From contig JBFWVF010000012.1 in the NCBI GenBank assembly GCA_050246875.1, positions 11,375 to 75,374 of the forward strand: DNA of 64,000 bases, written 5' to 3'. This document shows positions 10,639-21,301 of this stretch, piece after piece. Within the stretch, counting starts at the first letter, position 1. The number at the start of each line of letters is the position of its first letter. Origin of the DNA: Alphaproteobacteria bacterium (GTDB lineage Bacteria > Pseudomonadota > Alphaproteobacteria > UBA6615). The position numbers were made by a program, and so were the translations under genes. Below the pieces are notes generated by a model. It searched no databases and was not told the origin of the DNA. It saw only the letters and a list, made by a program, of their open reading frames with translations.

Positions 10639-11460
10639 ATGGCCAACGCAACATCCCTCGCCGGCAAGGTCGCCATCCTCAGCGGCGGCAGCCGTGGCAT
10701 CGGCGCCGCCGCCGCCATCGAAATGGCGAAGCGCGGCGCCGCCGTGATGGTGGCGGCGCGCAAGGCCGAATCCTGCGCCGAGACCGTCGCCGCCATCCGC
10801 GCCGCCGGCGGCAAGGCCGAGGCGGCGGCCTGCGAGGTGACCGACTATGCCGCCTGCACCGCCATGGTCGCGGCGACGGAGAAGAAGCTGGGGCCGGTCG
10901 ACATCATTGTCGCCAACGCCGCCGCCATCGACCCGGTCGCGCGCATCGCCGACAGCGACCCGGCGGAATGGGCACGCCACATCGACATCAACCTGACCGG
11001 CATCTACAACGTGGTGCGCGCCGCGCTGCCGGCGATGCTGGCGCGCAACAGCGGCACCATCGTCGCCATGAGCACCGGCGCGGCGACCAGCGCGCGCACC
11101 GGCATCAGCCCCTACTGCGCCTCCAAGGCCGGCGCCCTCATGTTCCACCAGTGCCTCGAACTGGAACTGCGCGACACCGGCATCGACTGCTACGCCTTCG
11201 CGCCGGGCATGGTCGACACGCACATGCATGTGCGCATGCGCGCCGAGCAGATCAACGAGTTGTCCTTCGTGCCGCGCGAGAACCTGCAGCCGGTCGAGGC
11301 GCCGGCCAGCATCATCGCCTGGCTCGCCAGCCCCGACGCGAAGGCGTGGCGTGGCAAGTTCATCATGTTCAACGATCAGGAAGTGCGCCAGCGCGCCGGC
11401 ATCGGCGGCATGGCGGCGCCGGCGACGCCATCCTCCGGCCCGCAGCCCAAGCGCGCCTAG
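10639..11460 (+). CDS. Short-chain dehydrogenase/reductase (tandem copy 4)
   Basis: SGGSRGIG, YCASK, strong SD AAGGAGG. Confidence 0.9.
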   Translation: MANATSLAGKVAILSGGSRGIGAAAAIEMAKRGAAVMVAARKAESCAETVAAIRAAGGKAEAAACEVTDYAACTAMVAATEKKLGPVDIIVANAAAIDPVARIADSDPAEWARHIDINLTGIYNVVRAALPAMLARNSGTIVAMSTGAATSARTGISPYCASKAGALMFHQCLELELRDTGIDCYAFAPGMVDTHMHVRMRAEQINELSFVPRENLQPVEAPASIIAWLASPDAKAWRGKFIMFNDQEVRQRAGIGGMAAPATPSSGPQPKRA

Positions 11461-11463
11461 CTA

Positions 11464-11724
11464 CTACCCACGGCGGAAGCCCAGCGTCTTCACGCGGATG
11501 CCGTCGATTCTCGTCAGGTAGGCGAGGAAGACCTGCGGACGCGCGAAGGGCAGGCTGATGCGCGCGGCGCTGCCGTCGACCTGGACCGGCTGCAGCGCGC
11601 CGTCCGCCGTCCAGCCATAGAGCATGACGCGGCCGTCGGGCGGCGCGATGGCGACGGAGACGATGATCTCCGTCGTCCCTGCGGGCGCCGACAGCGCGAT
11701 CTCGCTGTCGTACGCGACCGGCAC
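11464..11724 (-). CDS. Small hypothetical protein (86 aa)
   Basis: GTG 11724 (PVAYDSEIAL...KTLGFRRG) fills the gap downstream of the TPP enzyme, with host-like codon usage. Confidence 0.5.
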   Translation of the reverse strand: MPVAYDSEIALSAPAGTTEIIVSVAIAPPDGRVMLYGWTADGALQPVQVDGSAARISLPFARPQVFLAYLTRIDGIRVKTLGFRRG

Positions 11725-11741
11725 GTCGCCGCCCAACGGGG

Positions 11742-13421
11742 CTACCCCGTCACGGCCAGCGGCGCCATCGCCTCGATGTCGCTGACGGCGTCGATGATGA
11801 CCGGGCGCTTCATGGCGATGGCCTTCTCCAGCGCCGGGGCGAAGTCGGACGGCTTCTCGACTCGCAGGCCGACGGCGCCCATGTTCTCGGCGATCTGCGC
11901 GAAATTGGTGTCGCGGAAGGTCCACAGCGAACGCGCGTAGTCGGTCTGCGTGCCGTCCCAGGCGCGGTCGAAGCCGCGCTTGGACTGGTTGCCGCCGGCG
12001 TTGTTGTTGACCACCGTGACCGAGTTGATGCCCATCCGCACCGCCGTCTCGATCTCGCTGAGATGATACCAGAAGGCGCTGTCGCCGTTGAAGACGACGA
12101 CGGGACGGTCCGGCGCCGCGCACTTGGCGCCGAGGCCGGCGGAGAACGACCAGCCGAGATGGCCGGCCGAGCGGATGTAGCTCTGGTCGGGCGACGAGAG
12201 ATCGTACATGCCGCCCATCCACATGCCTGAATGGCCGGTGTCGGCGAGCACGATGGCATCCGACGGAAGGTTCTTCGACAGCTCGTGGCAGATGCGCTCC
12301 GGCCGCATCGGCTGGGCGTCGGATTCGAGCAGCGGCTTGTACTTGCCGCGCCACTCCGCGACGAAGGCCTGGGCCTGCGCCACCCACGCCTTGCGGCGGC
12401 TGGCCGAGGCGCCGTTGGTCATCGCCGCCATACGCGACAGCGCCACCTTGGCGTCGCCCAGCACGGCCGCCGACAGCGGGTAGTTGCGGCCCAGCTCCTC
12501 GCCGTTGATGTCGAGCTGGACGGCCTTCACGCCCGGCTTCGGCACGGCCCAGAAATGCGTGACCATGCCGCCGGTGGACGTGCCGGCGAAGAACACGAGG
12601 TCGGCCGCCGCCACCGTGCGGTTGGCGCTCTCGCGCGAATAGGTGCCGACGACGCCGACCGACAGCGGATGGGTGCCCGGGATCGAGTCCTTGCCGTTGA
12701 GCGAGGTCGCCACCGGGATCTGCAGCCGCTCGGCCAGCGCCACGAGGTCGCGCCCGGCCTGCGAATGGCGGATGCCGCCGCCGGCGACGATGACCGGCCG
12801 CTCGGCCGCCTCGAGCAGCGCCAGCGCCTTGCGCAGCTGGTCCTCGGCCGGCTCGGGCCGCAGCGGCGGCACGGCGGCGAACATGCTGTCGACCAGCGGC
12901 TCCATGTCGGCTTCCTCCAGCTCCATCTGGCCCTCGTTGCCGCGAAGCTGGAGATGGACGGGGCCCGGCGTGCCGGAGACGGCGACGCGGAAGGCGGTGC
13001 GCAGCAGGTCGGGAATGCGCGAGACGTCGTCGATGGTGGCGTTGAACTTCGTCACCTTGTCGAAGGAGGGAACGTCGTCGACCTCCTGGTAGTTGCCGCG
13101 GAAGGTCCAGCGCGGGTCACGGCCGCCGGTCAGCGCGAGCACCGGCACCTTCGCCAGCCAGGCGTCGCGCAGGCCGGCGGCGAGGTTCATGGCGCCGATG
13201 ATCTGCGCGCCGCAGACGCCGACCTTGCCCGAGGCGCGGGCGTAGCCGTCGGCCATGTAGGCCGCCGAGGCCTCGCCGTGGGTCTGGATCGAGACGATGT
13301 CGGTGCGCTTCTCCATCTCCATCATGGCCTTGCGCATGATCGCCGGGACCATGAAGAAATGGGTGACGCCGTAGCCTTGGAGCATCTCGGCCAGGACGCG
13401 CGCGCCGGTCATCTTCGCCAT
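11742..13421 (-). CDS. Thiamine-pyrophosphate-dependent enzyme (acetolactate synthase large-subunit-like)
   Basis: HGEASAAYMADGYAR, PGPVHL, GDSAF...VVNNN TPP-binding motif. Confidence 0.9.
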   Translation of the reverse strand: MAKMTGARVLAEMLQGYGVTHFFMVPAIMRKAMMEMEKRTDIVSIQTHGEASAAYMADGYARASGKVGVCGAQIIGAMNLAAGLRDAWLAKVPVLALTGGRDPRWTFRGNYQEVDDVPSFDKVTKFNATIDDVSRIPDLLRTAFRVAVSGTPGPVHLQLRGNEGQMELEEADMEPLVDSMFAAVPPLRPEPAEDQLRKALALLEAAERPVIVAGGGIRHSQAGRDLVALAERLQIPVATSLNGKDSIPGTHPLSVGVVGTYSRESANRTVAAADLVFFAGTSTGGMVTHFWAVPKPGVKAVQLDINGEELGRNYPLSAAVLGDAKVALSRMAAMTNGASASRRKAWVAQAQAFVAEWRGKYKPLLESDAQPMRPERICHELSKNLPSDAIVLADTGHSGMWMGGMYDLSSPDQSYIRSAGHLGWSFSAGLGAKCAAPDRPVVVFNGDSAFWYHLSEIETAVRMGINSVTVVNNNAGGNQSKRGFDRAWDGTQTDYARSLWTFRDTNFAQIAENMGAVGLRVEKPSDFAPALEKAIAMKRPVIIDAVSDIEAMAPLAVTG

Positions 13422-13556
13422 CGTTCTCTCCCCAATCGAATGCTTGGGCCGCCGCATTGCATGCCGCGGCGGCCGTGCTGCCTTAGACCTTCGGGCCGCT
13501 GCCCACAACCGGCAAGCGGGCATGGCTGCCGTCACCCGGCCCGCTGGCGCTCGTCA

Positions 13557-13597
13557 CCCTCTCCTCCGGAGGGAGGAGAGGGCCGGGGTGAGGAGGG
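13557..13597. repeat. Intergenic palindromic (REP-like) element
   Basis: CCCTCTCCTCC-GGAG-GGAGGAGAGGG hairpin followed by CCGGGGTGAGG, resembling the CCCTCTCCC/GGGAGAGGG repeats common in alphaproteobacterial intergenic DNA; single copy here. Confidence 0.6.
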
Positions 13598-13614
13598 TCA
13601 GCGCGGAGGCAAGC

Positions 13615-14619
13615 CTACTTCACCGCCTGCGGGTTGATCGGCGAGCCGGCGCCGCCGGTGATCGGCAGCGGCGGGCCGGCGAAGAGGAAGTCGTAGACCC
13701 CGTCCTTCGCGCAGTCCTCGGCCAGTTCCTTGACGTAGAAGATCTCGCCCATGGTGATGCCGATCATCGGGATCACCACCCAGTGCCACGGCTGGAAGGC
13801 CTCGATCGACTCGTTGGGACGCACCTCGCAGCCCCAGGTGTCGGTGCAGATGGCCGCGATCTCGCGCTTCCAGCACCACTCGGCGGTCTCGAAGCGGATG
13901 CCCGGCGAATCGCCAGCCGCGTAGCCCTTCCAGGTCTTTTCGGCGAGGCAGCGCTCCATGTGGCCGGTGCGCACGATGACGAAGTCGCCGCGACGGATCT
14001 CGACGCCCTGGTCCTTGGCGCACTGGTCGAGTTCGTCGCAGGAGATGCCGTAGCCGTCGGCCAGCACGTCACCGCCGAGCCAGCGCGGGATGTCGAGCAG
14101 CACGCCGCGGCCGACCATCTTCTGGCGCATGTTCTCGATGCCGTTCTTCTTGGCACCGGTGGCGTCGACGAGGCGGGCGTCGTAGCCGTTCCAGATCTTG
14201 TCGACGGCGATGTTGTGGCACAGCGCGTCCCACTGGGTGCCGCACTGCAACGGCATGATGACGATGTCGTCGGCGTAGCGGCACGACAGCTGCGTCGGCA
14301 GCTGCGTGGCGCCGCGGCGATGGTCCTGCACGCCCGCGACGGCGTCGGTGCCGGTCGCCAGCATGAGGTGGATCGGATTGAAGCGGCCGATGTCGCCGAA
14401 CTGCGGGCCGTTGGCGTCGAACGGCAGGCCGAGGCCGAACACCGCGCCCTTGCGGATGCAGTCGCGCGCCGCGAGGATTTCCTTCGGGCCAATGTAGTTC
14501 ATCGTGCCGATCTGGTCGTCCGGGCCCCACTTGCCCCAGTTCTTCACCTTCTCGCGCATCGCCTCGATGTCTTTGATGGTGATGTTCTTTTCGAGGGGCT
14601 TGGCTGGAATGATCTTCAT
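13615..14619 (-). CDS. Cyclase family (kynurenine formamidase-like) metal hydrolase, copy 1
   Basis: NWGKWGPDDQIGT, GTQWDALCH, GRGVLLD, IVRTG, GSPINPQAVK. Confidence 0.9.
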   Translation of the reverse strand: MKIIPAKPLEKNITIKDIEAMREKVKNWGKWGPDDQIGTMNYIGPKEILAARDCIRKGAVFGLGLPFDANGPQFGDIGRFNPIHLMLATGTDAVAGVQDHRRGATQLPTQLSCRYADDIVIMPLQCGTQWDALCHNIAVDKIWNGYDARLVDATGAKKNGIENMRQKMVGRGVLLDIPRWLGGDVLADGYGISCDELDQCAKDQGVEIRRGDFVIVRTGHMERCLAEKTWKGYAAGDSPGIRFETAEWCWKREIAAICTDTWGCEVRPNESIEAFQPWHWVVIPMIGITMGEIFYVKELAEDCAKDGVYDFLFAGPPLPITGGAGSPINPQAVK

Positions 14620-14689
14620 GCGTGTTCTCCGATGACGGAGCGCTGCCGGGCCGTGGCCGGCGCGCCGGATGTTGCCGGGGGAAGCCTGC

Positions 14690-15694
14690 CTACTTGATGG
14701 CCTGCGGATTGATCGGACAGCCGACGCCGCCTGTGATCTGCAGCGGCGGGGCGACGAACATGAACTCGTAGACCTTGTCCTTGGCGCAATCCTCGGCGAG
14801 CTCCTTCAGGTTGAAGATCTCGCCCATGGTGATGCCGATCATCGGGATCACCACCCAGTGCCAGGGCTGGAAGGCCTCGACCGACTCGTTGGGCCGCACT
14901 TCCGCGCCCCAGGTGTCGGTGCAAATAGCCGCGATTTCCTTCTTGTGGACCCACTCGGCGCTCTCGAACCGCAGGCCCGGGGCGGGACCGCCAGCATAGG
15001 TGCCCCAGCCGCCCTGCGACCAGCACCACTCCATGTGGCCGGTGCGCACGATGACGAAGTCGCCGCGGCGGATCTCCACGCCCTGCGCCTTGGCGCAGGC
15101 GTCGAGTTCGTCGTTTGAGATGCCGTAGCCCTCCTCCAGCGCGTCGCCGCCGAGCCAGCGCGGAATGTCGAGCAGCACGCCGCGGCCGACCATGCGGTCC
15201 TTCATGTGCTCGATGCCGTTCTTGTGCGCGCCGTTCACGTCGACGAGGCGGGCGTCGTAGCCGTTCCACATCTTGTCGTGCGCGAAGCAGTGGCCGAGGC
15301 CGTCCCACTGCGTGCCGCTCTGCAGCGGCATGATGATGGCGTCGTCGGCGTAGCGCGGCATGAGCTGCGTCGCCAGCGTGTCGGCGGCGGGGCGGACGTC
15401 CTGGGTTCCGGCGACGGCGTCGGTGCCGGTCGCCAGCATGAGATGGATCGGGTTGAAGCGCCCTTCCGAGCCGCGCTGCGGCCCGTTGGCGTCGACCGGA
15501 ATGCCGAGGGCGAAGACCTTGCCCTTCTTCACGCAGTCGCGCGCGGCGAGGATTTCTTTCTCGGTCACGTAGTTCATCGTGCCGATCTGGTCGTCCGGGC
15601 CCCACTTGCCCCAGTTCTTCACCTTGTCACGCATCTCGAGGATTTTCTCGATGGTGATATTCTTTTCGAGCGGCTTCGCCGGAATAAGCTTCAC
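14690..15694 (-). CDS. Cyclase family metal hydrolase, copy 2
   Basis: GTG start after GGAGG; same length (1005 nt) and motifs as copy 1. Confidence 0.9.
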   Translation of the reverse strand: MKLIPAKPLEKNITIEKILEMRDKVKNWGKWGPDDQIGTMNYVTEKEILAARDCVKKGKVFALGIPVDANGPQRGSEGRFNPIHLMLATGTDAVAGTQDVRPAADTLATQLMPRYADDAIIMPLQSGTQWDGLGHCFAHDKMWNGYDARLVDVNGAHKNGIEHMKDRMVGRGVLLDIPRWLGGDALEEGYGISNDELDACAKAQGVEIRRGDFVIVRTGHMEWCWSQGGWGTYAGGPAPGLRFESAEWVHKKEIAAICTDTWGAEVRPNESVEAFQPWHWVVIPMIGITMGEIFNLKELAEDCAKDKVYEFMFVAPPLQITGGVGCPINPQAIK

Positions 15695-15831
15695 GGACTG
15701 TCCTCCCTGTCGTCTCTCGCGCCGGGGCATCGGCGGGCCGGAAATCGGCCCCCGGCGATGCGCGGCGCAAACTGGCGCGGCCGGCGGGTCGGCCGCCAGC
15801 GCCCGCAGATATTTTTTGCGTCTACTGCAAA

Positions 15832-17598
15832 TTATGCCGCCGACCGCCCCGCCGGGATGACCGGCAGCAACAGGTACGGCTGCCGATCCGGCCCGGCGTG
15901 CAGCGTCACCTCGCCGTGGTGGAACACGGCGGCCGGCCGGTCCTGCGGGTCGTCGTGGCGGAACGAGCCGACCCCGGTCATCGGGTCGCGCCCCTCGCCG
16001 TACATGGTCGACGGCTCGCCGGTATAGACGTAGTCGCGGCCACGCACCGACAGGCCGATGCGGTAGCCCTTCGGGACGACGATCGAGGTCGGCAGGATCT
16101 CGATGTCGAGTTCGACCACCTGGCCGGGCGCGAGCTTCTCGACCTTGTCGTGCGTGTGCCATGGCCGGTACGGGAGCGATTTCTTCGCGTCGAGGCGGCG
16201 GTGCGAGGCGCGCAGCCAGCCGAGCGCCACCGGCTGGTGCGGGTCGATGGCGCCGATGAAGGTCACTTCCTTCATGTCGGGCGCGAAGACGCGCAGCACG
16301 ATGAAAATGTCGGCGTCCTCGGTCGAGGAGGAGACGAACAGCTTCGCCGCCGAGGGACCGGTGATCTCCGTCGCTTCCTTCATCGGCGCCGACAGGAAGG
16401 TGAGGCCGTCGCCGCCGCCGCGATAGCTCACCGACGCCGCCTTGCGCGGCGCCTTCGCCGCGAGCGTCTCGCCGTCGGGTTCGAGGTAGAACTTTGTCCA
16501 TTTCGTGCGCGCGAGCGGCCATTCCGTCTCGTCGCGGGCGACGAACTTCTCGCCGGGATGACGGACATGGAGGAAGACGCGCGGCTGCTTCTCCCAGCCG
16601 GTCTCCTCGCCCCTGAGGTAGTGGCCGAAGAAGCGCTTCTGCAGGCCGACGCCGAAATTCGAATAGAAGTGCGTCCAGTGCAGGTCGCCGTGAACCTCAA
16701 GGTACTTCTCCTCGCTGCCGGCGGCCAGCCAGCCCTCGAAGTTGCCGCGCGTGTGCAGGCCGTGGCCGCCCCAGTTGGCGGTCGACAGCAGCGGCACCCG
16801 GATCTTCGACCAGTCGGGCGTGCGCGACGTCCAGTAGCGGTCGGTCGCCAGCTTGTGGCGGCGCACGTCGCTGCCGAAGTCGTTGCGGTTGGCCGCCAGC
16901 TCCTCCTTCGACAGCGTGATGTCGCCGCCGACAAGGCCGCCGTTCATGCGGCTCTTCGGGCCGTTGGCGCCGCGTCCATGCTGGACGGAATAGACCTGCC
17001 GCGTCGGCCAGTTGACGCAGAAGCCGTTGCAGAAGATGCCGCCGTGATGGCCCATATCACGGTAGAAGTCGGTCGCGCCTTCCCAGATGCAGAGGGCGGC
17101 GAGGTGCTTCGGCCGCAGCGCCGCCACCTGCCACTGGTTCTCCGCGAAGTAGGAGATGCCGTTGAGGCCGACCCTGCCGTTCGACCAGTCCTGCGCCCCG
17201 GCCCACTCGACGCAGTGGAAGTAGTCGCGCGCCTCGCGCGCCGACCAGATGTCGATGATGCCCGGCGAGCGGCCGGCGCCGCGCGAATCGACGCGCACCA
17301 CGACGTAGCCGTCCGGCACCCACTTCTCCGGGTCGACGATCTCCCAGCACTGGAACTCGTTCGAGGTGTTGGAGGCGACCTCGGGAAAGCGCGCGATCAT
17401 GTCGCGCCACTGCGCCGGATAGCCATCGTCGAAGTGCAGCCACTTGCCGTAGGGACCGTAGCTCATCAGCACCGGGTAGCGGCCAGGCGCCACCGGCCGG
17501 TACACGTCGCAGCGCAGGACGATGCCGTCGTCCATCTCGATCGGCACATCCCAGTCGATGCGCATGCCGTGCCGGGTCTCGCTGCTGCCGCGGTCCAT
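15832..17598 (-). CDS. CocE/NonD family hydrolase (peptidase S15-like)
   Basis: MDDGIVLRCDVYRP, DSRGAGRSPG, WSNGRVGLNGISY nucleophile motif. Confidence 0.9.
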   Translation of the reverse strand: MDRGSSETRHGMRIDWDVPIEMDDGIVLRCDVYRPVAPGRYPVLMSYGPYGKWLHFDDGYPAQWRDMIARFPEVASNTSNEFQCWEIVDPEKWVPDGYVVVRVDSRGAGRSPGIIDIWSAREARDYFHCVEWAGAQDWSNGRVGLNGISYFAENQWQVAALRPKHLAALCIWEGATDFYRDMGHHGGIFCNGFCVNWPTRQVYSVQHGRGANGPKSRMNGGLVGGDITLSKEELAANRNDFGSDVRRHKLATDRYWTSRTPDWSKIRVPLLSTANWGGHGLHTRGNFEGWLAAGSEEKYLEVHGDLHWTHFYSNFGVGLQKRFFGHYLRGEETGWEKQPRVFLHVRHPGEKFVARDETEWPLARTKWTKFYLEPDGETLAAKAPRKAASVSYRGGGDGLTFLSAPMKEATEITGPSAAKLFVSSSTEDADIFIVLRVFAPDMKEVTFIGAIDPHQPVALGWLRASHRRLDAKKSLPYRPWHTHDKVEKLAPGQVVELDIEILPTSIVVPKGYRIGLSVRGRDYVYTGEPSTMYGEGRDPMTGVGSFRHDDPQDRPAAVFHHGEVTLHAGPDRQPYLLLPVIPAGRSAA

Positions 17599-17678
17599 GG
17601 CGTCCCTCCCGTTGTCCTCTGTGATATTTCACCCATTGCGCCGCACTTTGCCCTGTCAGGGCAAGGCGCCGGGCCTGC

Positions 17679-20072
17679 CTAGCAGCGTCCCAGTGCGCGC
17701 AGGACCGATTCCGGTGTCACCGGCATGGCGGTGATGCGGGTACCGAGCGGCGCCAGCGCATCATTGACGGCGTTGAGCAGGGCGGCGGGGGCGCCGCCCG
17801 TGCCGGCCTCGCCGGCGCCCTTAGCGCCGAGCGCCGATTCCTTGGTCGGCGTGATGCAGTGGCCGACGCCGATGTCGGGCATCTCCATCGCCATCGGCAC
17901 GAGGTAGTCGGCCATGTTGGCGTTGAGCAGGTTGCCGGCCGCGTCGTAGCGGCACTCCTCCAGCAGGGCGCCGCCGAGGCCCTGCACGACGCCGCCGCGC
18001 ACCTGTTCCTCGACGAGCTGCGGATTGACCGGCGTGCCGCAGTCCTCGATCACCCAGTGACCAAGCACGCGTACCTCGCCGGTCTCGATGTCGACCTCGA
18101 CGTGGCAGGCGTGCATGGCGTTGGTGAAGGCGATGGGGAACTGGCGCGGCACCCAGTTGGCCGAGGCGATGAGGTGCATCTGGTACCCTTCCGGCAGCGT
18201 GTCCGGCCGGAAGAAGGCGACGCGCGAGATCTCGCCGATCGGCATGCGCTCGGTGCCCGTCGCCTCGTCGACGATGCGGCCCTCGCGGATGTCGAGCGTC
18301 TCGGGCGCCGCCTGCAGCAGGCCGCCGGCGATCTCCAGCACGTTGCGCCGCAACTGCACGCAGGCGCGCAGCGTCGCCTCGCCGGCGATGCCGGTGGCGC
18401 GCGAGCCCCAGGTGCCGCCGCCGGTCGGCACCACGTCGGTGTCGCCGGTCACCACGCGCACGTCGTCCATGGAGACCCCGAACGCCGTGGCTGCGACCTG
18501 GGCGATCACCGCCTCGGCGCCCTGCCCCTGCTCCGTGGCGCTGGTCTGGATGACCAGCCGGCCCGAGGCGTCGAGGCGCGCAACGGTGCCGTCCTGCGAG
18601 GAGATGCGGGCGCCGCCGATGCCGTAGGCGGCGGGGCCGGGGTTGGTCAGTTCGATCATCGCGCACATGCCGATGCCGCGATGGACGCCCTTGCCGCGCA
18701 GCGCGTCGCGCTCGGCGCGCAGCGTCGCCAGTGCCGAGATGTCGACCAGCTTGTCGAGCGACTTGTGGTGCGACAGCCCCTCGAAAAGGATGCCGGTGAC
18801 GCCGCGCGCCGGGTAGGCGTCGTCGGGGAACAGGTTCTTCCGCCGCACCTCGACGGGATCGAGGCCGAGGCGGCGCGCGCCCTCCTCCAGCAGCCCGTCG
18901 GTGACGGTGAAGGCGATGGGGTGGCCGACGGCGCGGTACTGGCACATCGGCGTCTTGTTCTGGAACACCGCGCGCACGCGGGCGCGGTAGTTGGCGAAGC
19001 GGTACGGGCCGCCGGTGAAGTTGAGCACCTGCGTCGCTTCCATCGCGCTGGTGCGCGGATAGACCGAATAGGGGCCGATGCCGGTGAGGTCGTCGATCTC
19101 GATCGCCATCAGCTCGCCCTGTGCGCCGAGCCCCATGCGGCCCTTCACGCGATGCGCGCGGGCATGGATGTCGGTGGCGAAGGATTCGACGCGGTCGGCA
19201 ACGAACTTGACCGGCCGCGCCAGCACACGGGCGATGGCCGCCGCGGCCATCTCGTCGGCGTAGGTGTGGACCTTGAGGCCAAAGCCGCCGCCGACGTCGT
19301 TGCAGATGATGCGCACGGACGCCTCGGGAATGGCGAGATGCTTCGCCATGATGCCCTGCATCATCTGCGGCGCCTGGCTGGACATGTAGACGGTGAGCTT
19401 CGCCTCGTCCGGGTTCCAGTCCGCGACGATGGCGCGCGGCTCCAGCGTCGTGCCGGTGTGGCGGGCGAAGTGGAAGGTCTGCTCGACCACCACGGCGGCG
19501 CGGCGGAAGGCGTCGTCGACGTCGCCGATGTCGTGGCGGTTCTCGAAGGCGAGGTTGTCGCCGAGTTCGGGATGGATGACGGGCGTCGCCGGATCGAGTG
19601 CCGTCTCCGGGTCGGTGACGGCCGGCAACTCCTCCCAGTCGACGACGATCTCGGCAGCGGCGTCCTCGGCCTCGGCGCGGGTGGCGGCGGCGACGGCGGC
19701 GACGGCTTCGCCCTGCCAGGTCGCCCGCTCCGGCGCCAGCGGATACTGCGGCGCCGACTTGAGGCCCTTCATGTGGGTCAGCACGCCGACCCAGGGTTCC
19801 ATGACGCCGGCCAGTTCGCGCGCCGTGATGACCGCGACGACGCCGGGCATCGCCTTCGCCGCTGCCGTGTCGATCGAGCGGATGCGGGCGTGCGCGTAGG
19901 GCGAGCGCACGAATGCCAGATGCACCATGCGCGGCAAGCGCACGTCGTCGACGAACTTGCCGCGCCCGGCGACCAGCCGCCTGGCGTTCGGCCGCGGCAC
20001 CGAGCGGCCGATATAACTGTTCGGACGACCGAGAACCGCGATCTCGGGCGGCGACGGCGCGTGCGACGACAT
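17679..20072 (-). CDS. Xanthine dehydrogenase family molybdopterin-binding large subunit
   Basis: RSPYAHARI, DVGGGFGLK, QYRAVGHP, EQGQG, GAKGAGEAG. Confidence 0.92.
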   Translation of the reverse strand: MSSHAPSPPEIAVLGRPNSYIGRSVPRPNARRLVAGRGKFVDDVRLPRMVHLAFVRSPYAHARIRSIDTAAAKAMPGVVAVITARELAGVMEPWVGVLTHMKGLKSAPQYPLAPERATWQGEAVAAVAAATRAEAEDAAAEIVVDWEELPAVTDPETALDPATPVIHPELGDNLAFENRHDIGDVDDAFRRAAVVVEQTFHFARHTGTTLEPRAIVADWNPDEAKLTVYMSSQAPQMMQGIMAKHLAIPEASVRIICNDVGGGFGLKVHTYADEMAAAAIARVLARPVKFVADRVESFATDIHARAHRVKGRMGLGAQGELMAIEIDDLTGIGPYSVYPRTSAMEATQVLNFTGGPYRFANYRARVRAVFQNKTPMCQYRAVGHPIAFTVTDGLLEEGARRLGLDPVEVRRKNLFPDDAYPARGVTGILFEGLSHHKSLDKLVDISALATLRAERDALRGKGVHRGIGMCAMIELTNPGPAAYGIGGARISSQDGTVARLDASGRLVIQTSATEQGQGAEAVIAQVAATAFGVSMDDVRVVTGDTDVVPTGGGTWGSRATGIAGEATLRACVQLRRNVLEIAGGLLQAAPETLDIREGRIVDEATGTERMPIGEISRVAFFRPDTLPEGYQMHLIASANWVPRQFPIAFTNAMHACHVEVDIETGEVRVLGHWVIEDCGTPVNPQLVEEQVRGGVVQGLGGALLEECRYDAAGNLLNANMADYLVPMAMEMPDIGVGHCITPTKESALGAKGAGEAGTGGAPAALLNAVNDALAPLGTRITAMPVTPESVLRALGRC

Positions 20073-20248
20073 ACGGACCCTCCCCCCGGCGGGCCATCTG
20101 CGCGGCTCCGCCCAGCGACATTGCGGCATGGCATGAAGGGTCGCGCAAGTATTTCGCTGATCGGAATACGGCCCACCGGCCCGGCTTGTCGCGGTGGGCC
20201 GGGGACGACTAGGCTCCGCGCCGCCAGCAGACAGGGGAGAGGCCACGC

Positions 20249-21301
20249 ATGGCGCGCAGGACCGCGCTCGTCGCCGGCGGCCTCGGCATCGCCGGGCGGG
20301 CGATCGTCGAGCGCCTCGAAGGCGAAGGCGACTGGGACATCGTCGCTCTCACGCGGCGCGTGCCCGACTTCCCGACGCGGGCGCGCACCGTCGCCGTCGA
20401 CCTGCTGGATGCGTCCGACTGCCGGGCGAAGCTCGCCGGGCTCTCCGCCGTCACCCACGTCTTCTACAACGCCTACGCGCCACAGGGCTCGCCAGCCGCC
20501 GAGGTCGGCCCCAACCTCGCCATGCTGAAGAACCTCGTGATGGCGCTGGAGGACGCGGCGCCGGAGCTGGCGCATGTCCAGCTCATGCAAGGCGCGAAAT
20601 GGTACGGCGTGCATCTCGGGCCGTATCGCAACCCGGCGCGCGAGGACGACCCGCGCCATATGCCGCCGAACTTCTACTACGACCAGCAGGATTGGCTGGC
20701 GGCGCGGCGCGTCGGCAAGCGCTGGACCTGGTCGGCCCTGCGGCCACACCTGATCTGGGGCCCGTCGCTCGGCAGCGTGATGAACCTGATGACCGGCCTC
20801 ACCGTGTTCGCGCTGGTCTCGCGCGAACTCGGCCTGCCGCTGGCCTGGCCGGGCAAGCCCGGGCTCTACGACCGCGCCATCCAGATGACCGACACGACGA
20901 TGCTCGGCGCGGCCATGCTGTGGGCGGCGACCGCGCCCGCGGCGGCCGACCGGCCCTTCAACATCACCAACGGCGACTACACGCGCTGGAACCGGCTATG
21001 GCCGGTGCTCGCCCGCTTCTTCGACATGCCGACCGGCCCGCATCGCCAGATGCGGCTGGCCGAGATGATGGCCGACAAGGAAGGCGTCTGGGCGGCGCTC
21101 GTGAAGCGCCACGGCCTCGTGCCGCACACCATCGCCGACCTCGTGCAGTGGGACTGGATCGACTACGTGCTGGCCAACGACTTCGACCAGCTCTCCGATC
21201 TCAACACGCTGCGTGCCGCAGGCTTCCACGACTTCATGGACACACAGCTCACGCTGACCGACCAGCTCGCGCGCCTGCGCCAGCGGAGGATCATTCCATG
21301 A
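20249..21301 (+). CDS. PRISE-like (progesterone 5-beta-reductase family) SDR, copy 1
   Basis: GGLGIAG, QGAKWYG, PNFYYDQQD, WTWSALRP, FNITNGD. Confidence 0.85.
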   Translation: MARRTALVAGGLGIAGRAIVERLEGEGDWDIVALTRRVPDFPTRARTVAVDLLDASDCRAKLAGLSAVTHVFYNAYAPQGSPAAEVGPNLAMLKNLVMALEDAAPELAHVQLMQGAKWYGVHLGPYRNPAREDDPRHMPPNFYYDQQDWLAARRVGKRWTWSALRPHLIWGPSLGSVMNLMTGLTVFALVSRELGLPLAWPGKPGLYDRAIQMTDTTMLGAAMLWAATAPAAADRPFNITNGDYTRWNRLWPVLARFFDMPTGPHRQMRLAEMMADKEGVWAALVKRHGLVPHTIADLVQWDWIDYVLANDFDQLSDLNTLRAAGFHDFMDTQLTLTDQLARLRQRRIIP

